A DNA stretch of 64,000 nt, taken from positions 416,001 to 480,000 of the forward strand of contig CAVVHE010000005.1 in the NCBI GenBank assembly GCA_963748015.1. Direction: 5' to 3'. How positions within the stretch are numbered: the stretch's first letter is position 1; each line of letters begins with the position of its first letter. The translations under genes and the position numbers were made by a program. The notes beneath the pieces were generated by a model. It saw nothing but the letters and a program-made list of their open reading frames with translations, ran no database searches and had not been told where the DNA came from. Origin of the DNA: Terriglobia bacterium. GTDB taxonomy: Bacteria; Acidobacteriota; Polarisedimenticolia; Polarisedimenticolales; JAIQFR01. Shown piece by piece: positions 42,766-52,314 of this stretch.

Positions 42766-42797
42766 GGGGACGCCGCCGGCGGCGTCCCCGTTTTTTT
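42766..42797 (+). terminator. Rho-independent terminator
   Basis: GGGGACGCC/GGCGTCCCC stem followed by T7. Confidence 0.85.
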
Positions 42798-42808
42798 CCG
42801 GGGCACTC

Positions 42809-42835
42809 TTAACACCGCTTTAACCCGCCGTTAAC
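42809..42835 (+). promoter_or_regulatory. Pho box (PhoB/PhoP-type direct repeats)
   Basis: TTAAC at 42809, 42820 and 42831 (exact 11-bp period) immediately upstream of pstB. Confidence 0.75.
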
Positions 42836-42878
42836 CCCCCCGTTGCCTTCTTGTCGTCCAATGAAACGGGGGGATAGG

Positions 42879-43784
42879 ATGGAACTCGTGGAGAACGGCG
42901 CTCCCGGCGTGAAGATGGCGGAGGCGATGGGAGGATCCCAGCACCGGACGCAAGGCGCGGCTCGTCCGGAGGGAGGCCCGTCCGCGCTCGCGGCCGCCTC
43001 CGAGGAGGCGGCGGGACGCCAGCGCATCGAGAGCCCCGTCCTCGACGTCCGGTCCCTCTCGCTCTGGTACGGCGACTCCCGGGCGCTCGACGGCATCTCG
43101 CTCGAGATCCCGCCGAAGAAGATCACGGCGTTCATCGGCCCCTCGGGATGCGGGAAGTCCACGCTGCTCCGCTGCTTCAACCGCATGAACGACCTCGTCG
43201 GCGACGTCCGGATCGAGGGAGAGGTGCTCTTCGAGGGGACCAAGGTCTACGACCCCGGCGTGGACGTCACCGCGCTCAGGAAGCGGATCGGGATGGTGTT
43301 CCAGAAGTCGAACCCTTTCCCGAAGTCGATCTACGAGAACGTCGCCTACGGGTGCCGGATCCACGGCGTGAGGCGGCGCCACCAGCTCGACGAGACCGTC
43401 GAGCGGAGCCTCCGCGGGGCCGCTCTCTGGGACGAGGTGAAGGACCGCCTGGACGAGAGCGCTCTCGGCCTCTCCGGCGGCCAGCAGCAGCGTCTGTGCA
43501 TCGCCCGGGCGATCGCGGTGGAGCCCGACGTGATCCTGCTCGACGAGCCCTGCTCCGCCCTGGACCCGATCGCCACGGCGAAGGTCGAGGAGCTGATGCG
43601 GGAGCTCCAGGACCGCTACACGCTGGTCATCGTCACGCACAACATGCAGCAGGCCTCGCGGGTCTCGGACTACACCGCGTTCCTCTATCTCGGCCGCCTG
43701 GTGGAATTCGGGGAGACCGAGAGGCTCTTCCTCAATCCGTCGAAGAAGCAGACGGAGGACTACATCACCGGCCGCTTCGGATAG
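42879..43784 (+). CDS. pstB: Phosphate ABC transporter ATPase
   Basis: [48 protein letters not shown]. Confidence 0.95.
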   Translation: MELVENGAPGVKMAEAMGGSQHRTQGAARPEGGPSALAAASEEAAGRQRIESPVLDVRSLSLWYGDSRALDGISLEIPPKKITAFIGPSGCGKSTLLRCFNRMNDLVGDVRIEGEVLFEGTKVYDPGVDVTALRKRIGMVFQKSNPFPKSIYENVAYGCRIHGVRRRHQLDETVERSLRGAALWDEVKDRLDESALGLSGGQQQRLCIARAIAVEPDVILLDEPCSALDPIATAKVEELMRELQDRYTLVIVTHNMQQASRVSDYTAFLYLGRLVEFGETERLFLNPSKKQTEDYITGRFG

Positions 43785-43869
43785 CCCGGCGGCGGGGTTC
43801 CGGTCCCGCGGCGCTTGACGGTAGACTCTTCCCCGGTAGTGCCGCCGAGGCGCCCGCGGAGAAAGGCCC

Positions 43870-44565
43870 ATGGAACGACGCGTACGGCATTTCGAGGAGC
43901 AGCTCGACCTCCTCACGGAGAAGATCCTCCTCCTCGGCGGACTGGTGGAGCAGGCGATCGGCCGCTCGGTGGACGCCCTCGTCGGACGGGACTCGGACGT
44001 GGCCCGCCTGGTGATCGCGAACGACGCCGAGGTGGACCGGGTGGAGCTCGAGATCGACCGGATCTGCATGGAGACGCTCGCACTCCAGCAGCCGTTCGCG
44101 CGCGATCTCCGGTTCATCACCACCGCGATGAAGATCACGACCGATCTCGAGCGGATCGGCGACCTCGCCGTCAACGTCAGCGAGCGCGCCCTCGAGCTGA
44201 ACGAGGAGCCCCAGCTGAAGCCGTTCGTGGACCTGCCGCTCATGGCGCGGCGGGCCCAGGAGATGGTCCACGGGGCCCTCGACGCCTTCGTCCAGCGGGA
44301 CGCGATCGCCGCGCGCGCGGTGATCGCGATGGACGACGACCTCGACGCGAGGATGGAGCAGATCTTCCGGGAGCTGCTCTCGTTCATGGTGGAGGAGCCG
44401 AAGTCCATCACGCGGGCCCTCCGCCTGACCTTCGTGGCCAAGTACTTCGAGAGGATCGGGGACCAGGCGACCAACGTCTGCGAGCAGGTGGTCTACATGT
44501 GCGAGGGGCAGGTGATCAAGCACCCCTGGCTCGCCTCCGACCACAAGGACGAATCGGCGGGATGA
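43870..44565 (+). CDS. phoU: Phosphate signalling protein PhoU
   Basis: ARDLR, DLERIGD, FERIGDQATN. Confidence 0.95.
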   Translation: MERRVRHFEEQLDLLTEKILLLGGLVEQAIGRSVDALVGRDSDVARLVIANDAEVDRVELEIDRICMETLALQQPFARDLRFITTAMKITTDLERIGDLAVNVSERALELNEEPQLKPFVDLPLMARRAQEMVHGALDAFVQRDAIAARAVIAMDDDLDARMEQIFRELLSFMVEEPKSITRALRLTFVAKYFERIGDQATNVCEQVVYMCEGQVIKHPWLASDHKDESAG

Positions 44566-45251
44566 AACGGATTCTCCTGATCGAGGACGACGCGGACATC
44601 GCCCTCTCTCTCCGGTACAATCTCGAAAGGGACGGCGCGTTCGAGGTCGCGACGGTCCGCGACGGCGAGGACGGCCTCCGGGCCGCGCTCGAGCGCCCGC
44701 CGGACCTCGTCCTCCTGGATCTCAACCTGCCCGGAATGGACGGCGTCGAGGTGTGCCGACGTCTCCGCGCAGCGAAGTCCACGTCGGAAATCCCCATCAT
44801 CATGATCACGGCCCGCGCCGAGGAGTCCCAGCGCGTGAGCGGGCTCGACCAAGGGGCGGACGACTACATCACGAAGCCATTCTCGCTCCGCGAGGTGCAG
44901 GCGCGGGTCCGGGCGGTGCTCCGCCGCGCAGGGCCCGAGGCCGCGGAGCGCGGATCGCTCTCGGACCCGCCCCTGGTCCTGGATCTCGAGGCCCGCCGCG
45001 TGATCGTCGCAGGACGGGAGGTCGCCCTCACTCGGAGGGAGTTCGACCTACTGGCCGATCTCCTCCGCCATCGCGGCCGGGTCCGGACGCGCGAGCGGCT
45101 GCTCGAAAAGGTCTGGGGTTACGACTTTCCGGGCGAGACGCGGACCGTGGACGTCCACGTTCGACGGCTGAGGCAGAAGCTCGGACCGGAGATCGAGCCG
45201 CGCCTCGAGACGGTGGTCGGCGTCGGCTACCGCTGGCGAGGGAGCGAATGA
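44562..45251 (+). CDS. phoB: OmpR/PhoB-family response regulator
   Basis: LLDLNLPGMDG, GADDYITKPFS, RTVDVHVRRLRQK, VGVGY; overlaps the phoU stop. Confidence 0.9.
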   Translation: MKRILLIEDDADIALSLRYNLERDGAFEVATVRDGEDGLRAALERPPDLVLLDLNLPGMDGVEVCRRLRAAKSTSEIPIIMITARAEESQRVSGLDQGADDYITKPFSLREVQARVRAVLRRAGPEAAERGSLSDPPLVLDLEARRVIVAGREVALTRREFDLLADLLRHRGRVRTRERLLEKVWGYDFPGETRTVDVHVRRLRQKLGPEIEPRLETVVGVGYRWRGSE

Positions 45252-47002
45252 GGATCCGCCACAAGCTCCTGGTAGCGCTGCTGGCCACCGCTCTCGTCGC
45301 CTCGGTGGCCGTCGGGTTCGGCTCGGCGCGGCTCCTTCACTCCGCCGTCGGGGGCCGCTTCGCAGAGAGGATCCGCTCCGAGATCGCGCTGCTGGCCGCT
45401 TCGGCCGCGGTCCGGATACCCCCGGAGGGCCCGGAGGCCTTCGCGAGGGAAGCCGGGAGACTTCTCGGGGTCCGCGTGACCCTCATCGGCGCCGACGGTG
45501 TCGTCGTCGGGGACTCCGCGGAGTCCGAGGCCGACCTGCCCGCGATGGAGAACCATCTCTCCCGTCCGGAGATCGTCGAGGCCGGCCGCGACGGGCTCGG
45601 CGAAGCCACGCGGGTGTCGCGCAGCACCGGCATCGAGTACTTCTACACGGCGCGCCGCGTGGAGGGGAAGGGCCCGGTCGCCTACGTGCGCATCGCGCTT
45701 CCGACCTCGCGCGTCCGGCAGGTCGAGACCCACTACCTCTGGCTCATGGGCGGCGTCACGCTCGGTTCGCTCCTGGCTCTGACCGCGATCGCCTACGTCC
45801 TCGTCCGCCGCCTCTCGAGGCCGATCGAGCACATGAGCCGGTCCGCCGACCGGACCGCGTCGGGGGATCTGTCGTCGGAGGTCCCGTACGAGGGGACGGA
45901 CGAGCTGGCGCATCTCGCCGCGTCGATCAACCGCATGAAACGCGCGCTCGTGGACAAGATCGCCGAGCTCGATTCGGAGCGAGCCGTCCTGCGCTCGGTC
46001 GTCAGCGGGATGAAGGAGGGCCTCCTGCTCGTCGGGCCCGACCGGCGGATCGAGCTGGCCAACGACGCGTTCCGGCAGATCTTCGGGGTCCCGTTCGATC
46101 CCTCGGGACACCTTCTGGCCGAGGCGATCCGGAATCCCGCGGTGATCCGGGATCTCGACCGGGCGCTGGGAGAGGGCTCCGAGGTGATCGACCTGGTGCT
46201 TGAGGCGGCGGATTCGGGCCGTTCGTTCGAGGTCCACGTCACCCCCCTGCCGGCGAGGCCGTCGGGGCTGCCGGGGGGAGCGCTCGTGCTGTTCTTCGAC
46301 GTCACGCGCCTTCTCGCCCTCGAGAGCGTGCGGCGGGACTTCGTCGCCGACGTCTCGCACGAGCTCCGCACGCCCCTCACCTCGATCCGCGCGTTCGTGG
46401 AGACCCTCCTCGACGGCGGGATCGAGGACCGCGAGAACGCGACCCGGTTCCTCGAGATCGCCCGGAGGCACACCGCCCGCATGGAGGCCCTGATCGACGA
46501 CCTCACGGACCTGTCCCTGATCGAGACCGGCTCGATCGAGCTGGTCCGGGAAGAGGTGGACGCCGGCGAGCTCGCCCGCGAGGTGGCGGGCGAGGTCTCG
46601 CTCCGCCACGCGGCGGCGGGCGTCGCCATCGAGGTGGATTTTCCCTCGCCGCTCAGGATAGAGGCCGACCGCAGGCGGCTGACGCAGGTCCTCGTCAACC
46701 TCGTGGACAACGGGATCAAGTTCAACCGCCCCGGCGGGTCCGTTCGCATCGTGGGGCGCATCGAGGACGGAAGGCCGACGATCGTCGTCGAGGACACCGG
46801 CACGGGAATCCCGTCGGAGAGCCTCGAGAAGATCTTCCACCGCTTCTACCGGGTGGACAAGGCCCGCTCGCGCGACCTCGGCGGGACCGGCCTCGGCCTC
46901 GCGATCGTCAAGCACCTGATGCGACTGCACGGCGGAACGGTCCGCGCGGAGTCCGAGCTCGGCCACGGCTCGAGATTCGTCCTGGAATTCCCCCCCGCCT
47001 GA
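45248..47002 (+). CDS. phoR: PhoR-type sensor histidine kinase (TM-HAMP-PAS-HisKA-HATPase)
   Basis: ENHLSRPE, VSHELRTPLT, NLVDNGIK, RFYRVDKARSR, GTGLGLAIVKH. Confidence 0.92.
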   Translation: MRIRHKLLVALLATALVASVAVGFGSARLLHSAVGGRFAERIRSEIALLAASAAVRIPPEGPEAFAREAGRLLGVRVTLIGADGVVVGDSAESEADLPAMENHLSRPEIVEAGRDGLGEATRVSRSTGIEYFYTARRVEGKGPVAYVRIALPTSRVRQVETHYLWLMGGVTLGSLLALTAIAYVLVRRLSRPIEHMSRSADRTASGDLSSEVPYEGTDELAHLAASINRMKRALVDKIAELDSERAVLRSVVSGMKEGLLLVGPDRRIELANDAFRQIFGVPFDPSGHLLAEAIRNPAVIRDLDRALGEGSEVIDLVLEAADSGRSFEVHVTPLPARPSGLPGGALVLFFDVTRLLALESVRRDFVADVSHELRTPLTSIRAFVETLLDGGIEDRENATRFLEIARRHTARMEALIDDLTDLSLIETGSIELVREEVDAGELAREVAGEVSLRHAAAGVAIEVDFPSPLRIEADRRRLTQVLVNLVDNGIKFNRPGGSVRIVGRIEDGRPTIVVEDTGTGIPSESLEKIFHRFYRVDKARSRDLGGTGLGLAIVKHLMRLHGGTVRAESELGHGSRFVLEFPPA

Positions 47003-47008
47003 CGCACA

Positions 47009-47174
47009 GACCGGAAGCTCACCTCCGACCTCGACCCGAAGCGGCCCTCTTTTCGAGCGGCCGGTTCTTCCTTTAAAGGCCGCGAGAAAAGCGGAGCAAG
47101 GCGGAGCGGCGACGTTAAGCCGCGATCCGCCGCAGCGTGCCGCGCGGGTCGAGGTCGGAGGTGAGCTTCCGGTC
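47009..47174. repeat. Dispersed structured element, family 1 copy C
   Basis: Perfect 30-bp IR (47009-47038/47145-47174) around a core nearly identical to copies A and B. Confidence 0.88.
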
Positions 47175-47188
47175 CCCGGCGCGATCGA

Positions 47189-48004
47189 TCAGCGCGGGGC
47201 GTCGGGGCGGAGCTGGAGCTGGACGGATTTCGGGACGTGCGGCACGGGAACGGGGAGCGGCGGCGGGCTCCCCACCTTCGCGATGCGGATCTTCGTCACC
47301 GTGATCGGCTCGATCGGCCTGCCGGTTCTCGTGGAGGTCTTCACCTCGCTGATGCGTTGGGCCACGTCGAGCCCCGACACCACCATGCCGAAGCAGGGGT
47401 AATTCCGCGTCAGGAACGACGTCGTCCAGGGAGTGATCACGAACTTGACGCCGCTGATCCGGTTCCCCACCGAGCGGATCATGCCGAGCCGCCCGGGAGC
47501 GGAGAAGTCCACCGGACCGTCCCCTTCCTGCGGCACGTAGAAGGGCGCCGAGTACCGGCCCGCGTCGGTCCTCTCGCCGAGCTCGACGCGCTCCGAAGCG
47601 ATGGCGCGCGACACCAGCTGTCCGTCGTAGTAGGGCTCGTGGCGCGGCTCGCCGCTGACGGGATCGGGCCAGCCGAGACGGCCTTCGGCGAGCGCGGCGA
47701 AGTGCGCGACCGACTGGGGCGCCTGGTCGGGCAGGAGACGGGCGACGATCGTGCCCATGCTGGTTTCGATCCGGGCGTACCAGCCTTCCTGCAGGTCCTT
47801 CGGCAGCGGGACGGCCTCGCCGGCGACGGGCGAGGTCGGCGAGAGCGAATAGGGCGCGGGTGCCGGAGAGGTAGCGGGCGCGGTCGCAGCCGCGGGCGCC
47901 GGCGGGGCGGGAGGGGGAGACGCGCCGGGCTCGCCGCCGACGGTCCCCGACAGCGCGAGGACCGCGACGATGGAGGCAAAGAGACTCCGCGTGCCCGTGC
48001 TCAT
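47189..48004 (-). CDS. Secreted cyclophilin-like protein (degenerate active site)
   Basis: YARIETSMG, APQSVAHF..LAEG, PYYDG, FGMVVSGLDV. Confidence 0.75.
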   Translation of the reverse strand: MSTGTRSLFASIVAVLALSGTVGGEPGASPPPAPPAPAAATAPATSPAPAPYSLSPTSPVAGEAVPLPKDLQEGWYARIETSMGTIVARLLPDQAPQSVAHFAALAEGRLGWPDPVSGEPRHEPYYDGQLVSRAIASERVELGERTDAGRYSAPFYVPQEGDGPVDFSAPGRLGMIRSVGNRISGVKFVITPWTTSFLTRNYPCFGMVVSGLDVAQRISEVKTSTRTGRPIEPITVTKIRIAKVGSPPPLPVPVPHVPKSVQLQLRPDAPR

Positions 48005-48029
48005 CCGCCCACTCCCCCGTCTTCCGCGA

Positions 48030-48758
48030 CTACGGCTTGGCTTCGGGCTTACCCTCGGCGGGCTTCGTCTCCGCGGCCTTCTTGGCCTCGCCCTTCACGA
48101 CGGTGGCCTTCTTGATGAAGTCGAGCTGCGGGAATTGCGCCGCGAGGTACTTGTTCCCCTCGTTCTGGACCTTGCTCTGGTCGGGTCCCCGGCCGCGAGG
48201 CGCGCCCTCGCCGTACTCGGCATAGAGACCGTCCACGACTTCCATCCCCTCGACGATCTTGCCGAGCGGAGAGAATCCCTGCCCGTCCAGGAACGAGTTG
48301 TCGGTGTAGTTGACGAACAGCTGCGTGGTGCGGGTATTCGGCCCCGCGGTGGCGAAGGTGAGCATTCCCCTCTTGTTGCTCTCCTTGACGGGGTCGTCGG
48401 GGATGCTCGCTCCCCGCCAGACGGCGGAGACGGCGGGGTCGCCGTGGATGCCGAACTGGGCCATGAAGGGCCGCGGCTGGCGAATGACGCGGAAGAACCT
48501 CACCTCGTCGTAGTACCCGCTCTTGACCAGGTTATAGAAACGGTCGGCCCCGTTCGGCGCCCAGGCGCGGTTCACCTCGACCACGAAGTCGCCCTTGCTC
48601 GTCTCGAACTTCACCCGGAAGGCGTCCGGCGCCTTCTCGTTGAGCGCAGCGGGATTCATCAGCTTCTCCTTCGCCGTGCCTGCTGCGGGGGCCGCGAACG
48701 TCGCCGTCATGGCGAGCGCAAGCACCGGAACGAGCACGGCCAACGGGGTGGCTCTCAT
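48030..48758 (-). CDS. Secreted cyclophilin-type peptidyl-prolyl isomerase
   Basis: APNGADRFYNLV, FFRVI, FMAQFG, GPNTRTTQLFVN. Confidence 0.9.
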   Translation of the reverse strand: MRATPLAVLVPVLALAMTATFAAPAAGTAKEKLMNPAALNEKAPDAFRVKFETSKGDFVVEVNRAWAPNGADRFYNLVKSGYYDEVRFFRVIRQPRPFMAQFGIHGDPAVSAVWRGASIPDDPVKESNKRGMLTFATAGPNTRTTQLFVNYTDNSFLDGQGFSPLGKIVEGMEVVDGLYAEYGEGAPRGRGPDQSKVQNEGNKYLAAQFPQLDFIKKATVVKGEAKKAAETKPAEGKPEAKP

Positions 48759-48933
48759 CGGGATCCTCCTCGGCGGGAACTCCGGGGCTAGCGAAACCCC
48801 GCGAATCCACGCACGGCGTTGCATCGTACCCCCCGCTTCCGGGCGGCGCAACCGGCCTTGAACGCCCGGGACGCGGGACCTATATTCCGAGCCGAGGCCG
48901 GGCGAGTACCAGTGTGGCCAGCGGGGAGGACGA

Positions 48934-50442
48934 TTGCCCCAGCTCGACGGGATGCTCCGTGCGCTTGCGGATCGAGGGGCGAGGGAGCTGCGCCTGACGG
49001 ACGGCGCGCAGCCGGTGTTCTCCTACGCCGACGGGGAGCGCGCGGTCTCGCCCTCGACGCTCACGCGCAGCCAGATCGTCGCCCTGGTCTCCGAGATCGC
49101 CCCCGCGGACGACGCGCGCCGGCTCTCGGCCGGGGAGCCCGTCCGGTTCACCTACCGCCTGAGCGACGGCAAGTCGTTCGCCTTCTCGTCCGCGGTGTCC
49201 GGCGGCACGCTCGCGGTCCTCGCGACGCTCGCCACCGCGGTCTCGGCCGCGCAGGACGCAACGGCGGCGACGACGTCTCCCGCTCCGGCCGGCCAGCCTC
49301 CGGCCGCGACGACCGCCCTCGGACCCAAGCCGTTCGACGCCGCGGCGATGCGCCCCGGGGCCCCGGCGATCGAGGCGTACCTGACCTACCTGTTCGAGAC
49401 GGGGGGCAGCGACCTGCACATCTCCGCGGACGAGCCGCCGATGATGCGCCTCCACGGGGAGATGTTGCGGATCCCGGGCACGGGCCCGTGCTCCCCGGAG
49501 GAAACCGCGCGCCTCCTCTTCCCGCTCATGCCCGCGCGCTACAAGAAAGAGTTCGAGTCCGCGTCGGATACCGACTTCGCCCACGAGATCCCCGGCGTGG
49601 CCCGGTTCCGGTGCAACGTCTTCGCCGACCGCAAGGGCGCCGGCGCCGTGTTCCGCGTGATCCCCAGCAAGATCCCGACCGTGGAGGACCTCGGCCTCGC
49701 GAAGGCGATCCTCGACCTCTGCTTCCTTCCGAAGGGGCTCGTGCTGGTGACGGGGCCCACCGGGTCCGGCAAGTCCACGACCCTGGCGAGCCTGGTCGAC
49801 CACATCAACCGCAACCGGTCCGATCACATCATCACGATCGAGGACCCGATCGAGTTCGTCCACCCCAGCCGCAAGTGCCTCGTGAACCAGCGCGAGGTCG
49901 GGACCCACACCGCCAGCTTCAAGACCGCGCTCCGCGCCGCGCTGCGCGAGGATCCCGACATCGTCCTGGTCGGAGAGATGCGCGACCTCGAGACCGTGGC
50001 CATCGCGATCGAGACGGCGGAGACCGGGCACCTCGTGTTCGGCACCCTCCACACCTCGACCGCGCCGTCCACCGTGGACCGCATCATCGACCAGTTCCCG
50101 CCCGACCGGCAGGCCCAGATCCGCGTGATGCTCTCGGAGTCGCTCAAGGGCGTGATCTCGCAGGTCCTGCTCCGCAAGAAGACCGGAGGACGGGTCGCGG
50201 CGATGGAGGTCCTCATCGGCGTGCCCGCGGTGGCCAACCTGATCCGGGAAGGCAAGACCTTCCAGATCCCGAGCATCATGCAGGCCGGCCGCAAGCACGG
50301 AATGGTCCTGATGGCGGACGCCCTCCTCGATCTCGTGCGGCGAGGGGTCGTCACGCCCGAAGAAGCGTTCGCGAAGTGCGTGGACAAGATGTCGCTCCTC
50401 ACCCTCTTCAAGGGCGCGAACATCGATTTCGCCGCGCCGTAG
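48934..50442 (+). CDS. pilT: Type IV pilus retraction ATPase with an extra N-terminal domain
   Basis: GSDLH, TGPTGSGKSTT, TIEDPIE, ALREDPD, TGHLVFGTLHT, AVANLIRE. Confidence 0.9.
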   Translation: MPQLDGMLRALADRGARELRLTDGAQPVFSYADGERAVSPSTLTRSQIVALVSEIAPADDARRLSAGEPVRFTYRLSDGKSFAFSSAVSGGTLAVLATLATAVSAAQDATAATTSPAPAGQPPAATTALGPKPFDAAAMRPGAPAIEAYLTYLFETGGSDLHISADEPPMMRLHGEMLRIPGTGPCSPEETARLLFPLMPARYKKEFESASDTDFAHEIPGVARFRCNVFADRKGAGAVFRVIPSKIPTVEDLGLAKAILDLCFLPKGLVLVTGPTGSGKSTTLASLVDHINRNRSDHIITIEDPIEFVHPSRKCLVNQREVGTHTASFKTALRAALREDPDIVLVGEMRDLETVAIAIETAETGHLVFGTLHTSTAPSTVDRIIDQFPPDRQAQIRVMLSESLKGVISQVLLRKKTGGRVAAMEVLIGVPAVANLIREGKTFQIPSIMQAGRKHGMVLMADALLDLVRRGVVTPEEAFAKCVDKMSLLTLFKGANIDFAAP

Positions 50443-50496
50443 TCCGCCTCCCGCGCCGCGTCGGCGGAGCGCCGCGGCCGGACCTCCAAAAAACTC

Positions 50497-50524
50497 TTGA
50501 CATCGAGGGGGAGCCCTATATATT
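50497..50524 (+). promoter_or_regulatory. Sigma-70 promoter of lysine-rich micro-ORF 2
   Basis: TTGACA-16 bp-TATATT, preceded by an A-tract. Confidence 0.7.
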
Positions 50525-50611
50525 GGGCGCTGATCTGGAGATGGTCCCAGATCTTGAGCCCCATGGCCCGGGGTAGGGCTCAACGGTGGACCCGGGATAG
50601 GAGATCGACAG

Positions 50612-50677
50612 ATGGCTACGAAGAAGAAGGCCGCCAAGAAGACGGCGAAAAAGAAGGTAGTGAAGAAGAAGAAGTAG
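50612..50677 (+). CDS. 21-aa lysine-rich micro-protein MATKKKAAKKTAKKKVVKKKK
   Basis: AGGAGA RBS; synonymous codon differences from the paralog at 42645. Confidence 0.78.
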   Translation: MATKKKAAKKTAKKKVVKKKK

Positions 50678-50705
50678 TCTTCGCCACCAAGAAATCTCAG
50701 TACCG

Positions 50706-50746
50706 AACGGAGAGGGCCGGCGCACGACGCCGGCCCTCTCCGTTTT
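50706..50746. terminator. Rho-independent terminator (probably bidirectional)
   Basis: AACGGAGAGGGCCGGCG/CGCCGGCCCTCTCCGTT stem followed by Ts. Confidence 0.8.
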
Positions 50747-50761
50747 CGGCTCGCGGAACGA

Positions 50762-51202
<441 letters not shown>

Positions 51203-51410
51203 CGGCCTCCTCCCCGCCTGCCTCCCGGCTTCGTCGGAGGCGGCTTGCGACAGTCTAGCGTCACCCGCCCCGGCGGGACGAGCGCCCCGGTCGACCGCGC
51301 AGGCAGGGGGGGCTTGACATGGAAGTGCTTCCGCCATACATGGATCGGCGGGGGAGGGGGGCCGGACTCCCGGTCCGGCCGAGGGAAGAGGCCCGGAGCA
51401 TCGTGACCGA

Positions 51411-52214
51411 ATGAAGGACAGCAGCGGCAGCAACCCGAAGAAACGGTCGCCGGGATACCGGGGGGCGCTGCATCGCTATCTCGAGTCGATCCGGGACTAC
51501 GAGTTCCTGACGCCCAGCGGCGAGTTCAAGATCGCCACGCGGGCCATGGAGCAGGACCAGGCCGCCCGGAACGCGCTGGTCGAGGCCAACCTTCGCTTCG
51601 TCGTGAAGATCGCCCACGAGTACCGGAGCTACGGCACGCCGATCGAGGACCTGATCAGCGAGGGCAACCTCGGCCTGATGGAGGCCGCCCGCCGCTTCGA
51701 CCCTTCCCGCCGGGTCCGCTTCAGCAACTACGCCGCCTGGTGGATCCGCAAGTTCATGGTCGCGGCGCTGAGCCGCAACGTCGTCCAGGGCTCGTCGCTG
51801 TCGCCCACGCCTCCCAAGCCGAAAGACGCTCCGGCCGGGAGGACGTCGGCCGCGGCGCAGAAGGACGCCCCCCGCCGGCCGGCGAGGCAGAAGCTGATCT
51901 CTCTCGAGGCCTTCACGAGGGTCGACGGCGACCGCGGCATCCTGGAGAGGCTGGCGGCCGACGTCGAGGACCCGAACGAGCTGATCCTCCACCAGGAGCT
52001 GGCGGACGCCATTCGCGGCATCCTCCCCTTCCTGCCGAAGCAGGAACGGCTGATCCTGACGACGCGCTACGGGCTGGACGGCGACGTGCCGCTGACGCTC
52101 CAGGAGCTCGGCCGCGCGCTCGGCTGCACCCGGGAGCGGGTCCGGCAGCTCGAGGTGAAGGCGCTGGCGCGGGCGCGCCGGCTCCTCCTCGCGAGGGCTC
52201 CCCGGCAGAAGTAG
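51411..52214 (+). CDS. Alternative sigma-70 family factor (RpoD/RpoS/RpoH-like regions 1.2, 2 and 4)
   Basis: ANLRFVVKIA, DLISEGNLGL, FSNYAAWWIR, TRERVRQLE. Confidence 0.9.
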   Translation: MKDSSGSNPKKRSPGYRGALHRYLESIRDYEFLTPSGEFKIATRAMEQDQAARNALVEANLRFVVKIAHEYRSYGTPIEDLISEGNLGLMEAARRFDPSRRVRFSNYAAWWIRKFMVAALSRNVVQGSSLSPTPPKPKDAPAGRTSAAAQKDAPRRPARQKLISLEAFTRVDGDRGILERLAADVEDPNELILHQELADAIRGILPFLPKQERLILTTRYGLDGDVPLTLQELGRALGCTRERVRQLEVKALARARRLLLARAPRQK

Positions 52215-52216
52215 GG

Positions 52217-52293
52217 GCTGCGTCCTCGGCGGGGTGCGTTCTCGCCGGCCCGGAAAAGGGCCGTCTGCGAACGCACCCCGCCGAGGACGCAGC
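52217..52293. repeat. Single copy of the family 2 palindromic element
   Basis: Perfect 25-bp IR around CTCGCCGGCCCGGAAAAGGGCCGTCTGCG, the reverse complement of the 4424-4747 unit core. Confidence 0.85.
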
Positions 52294-52314
52294 GTCCGGG
52301 GACGGGAGGGCGGC

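Noticed and set aside
51315..51342. Sigma-70 promoter upstream of the sigma factor gene
   Set aside because: TTGACA is present but the -10 element is weak, so it is not reported as a feature
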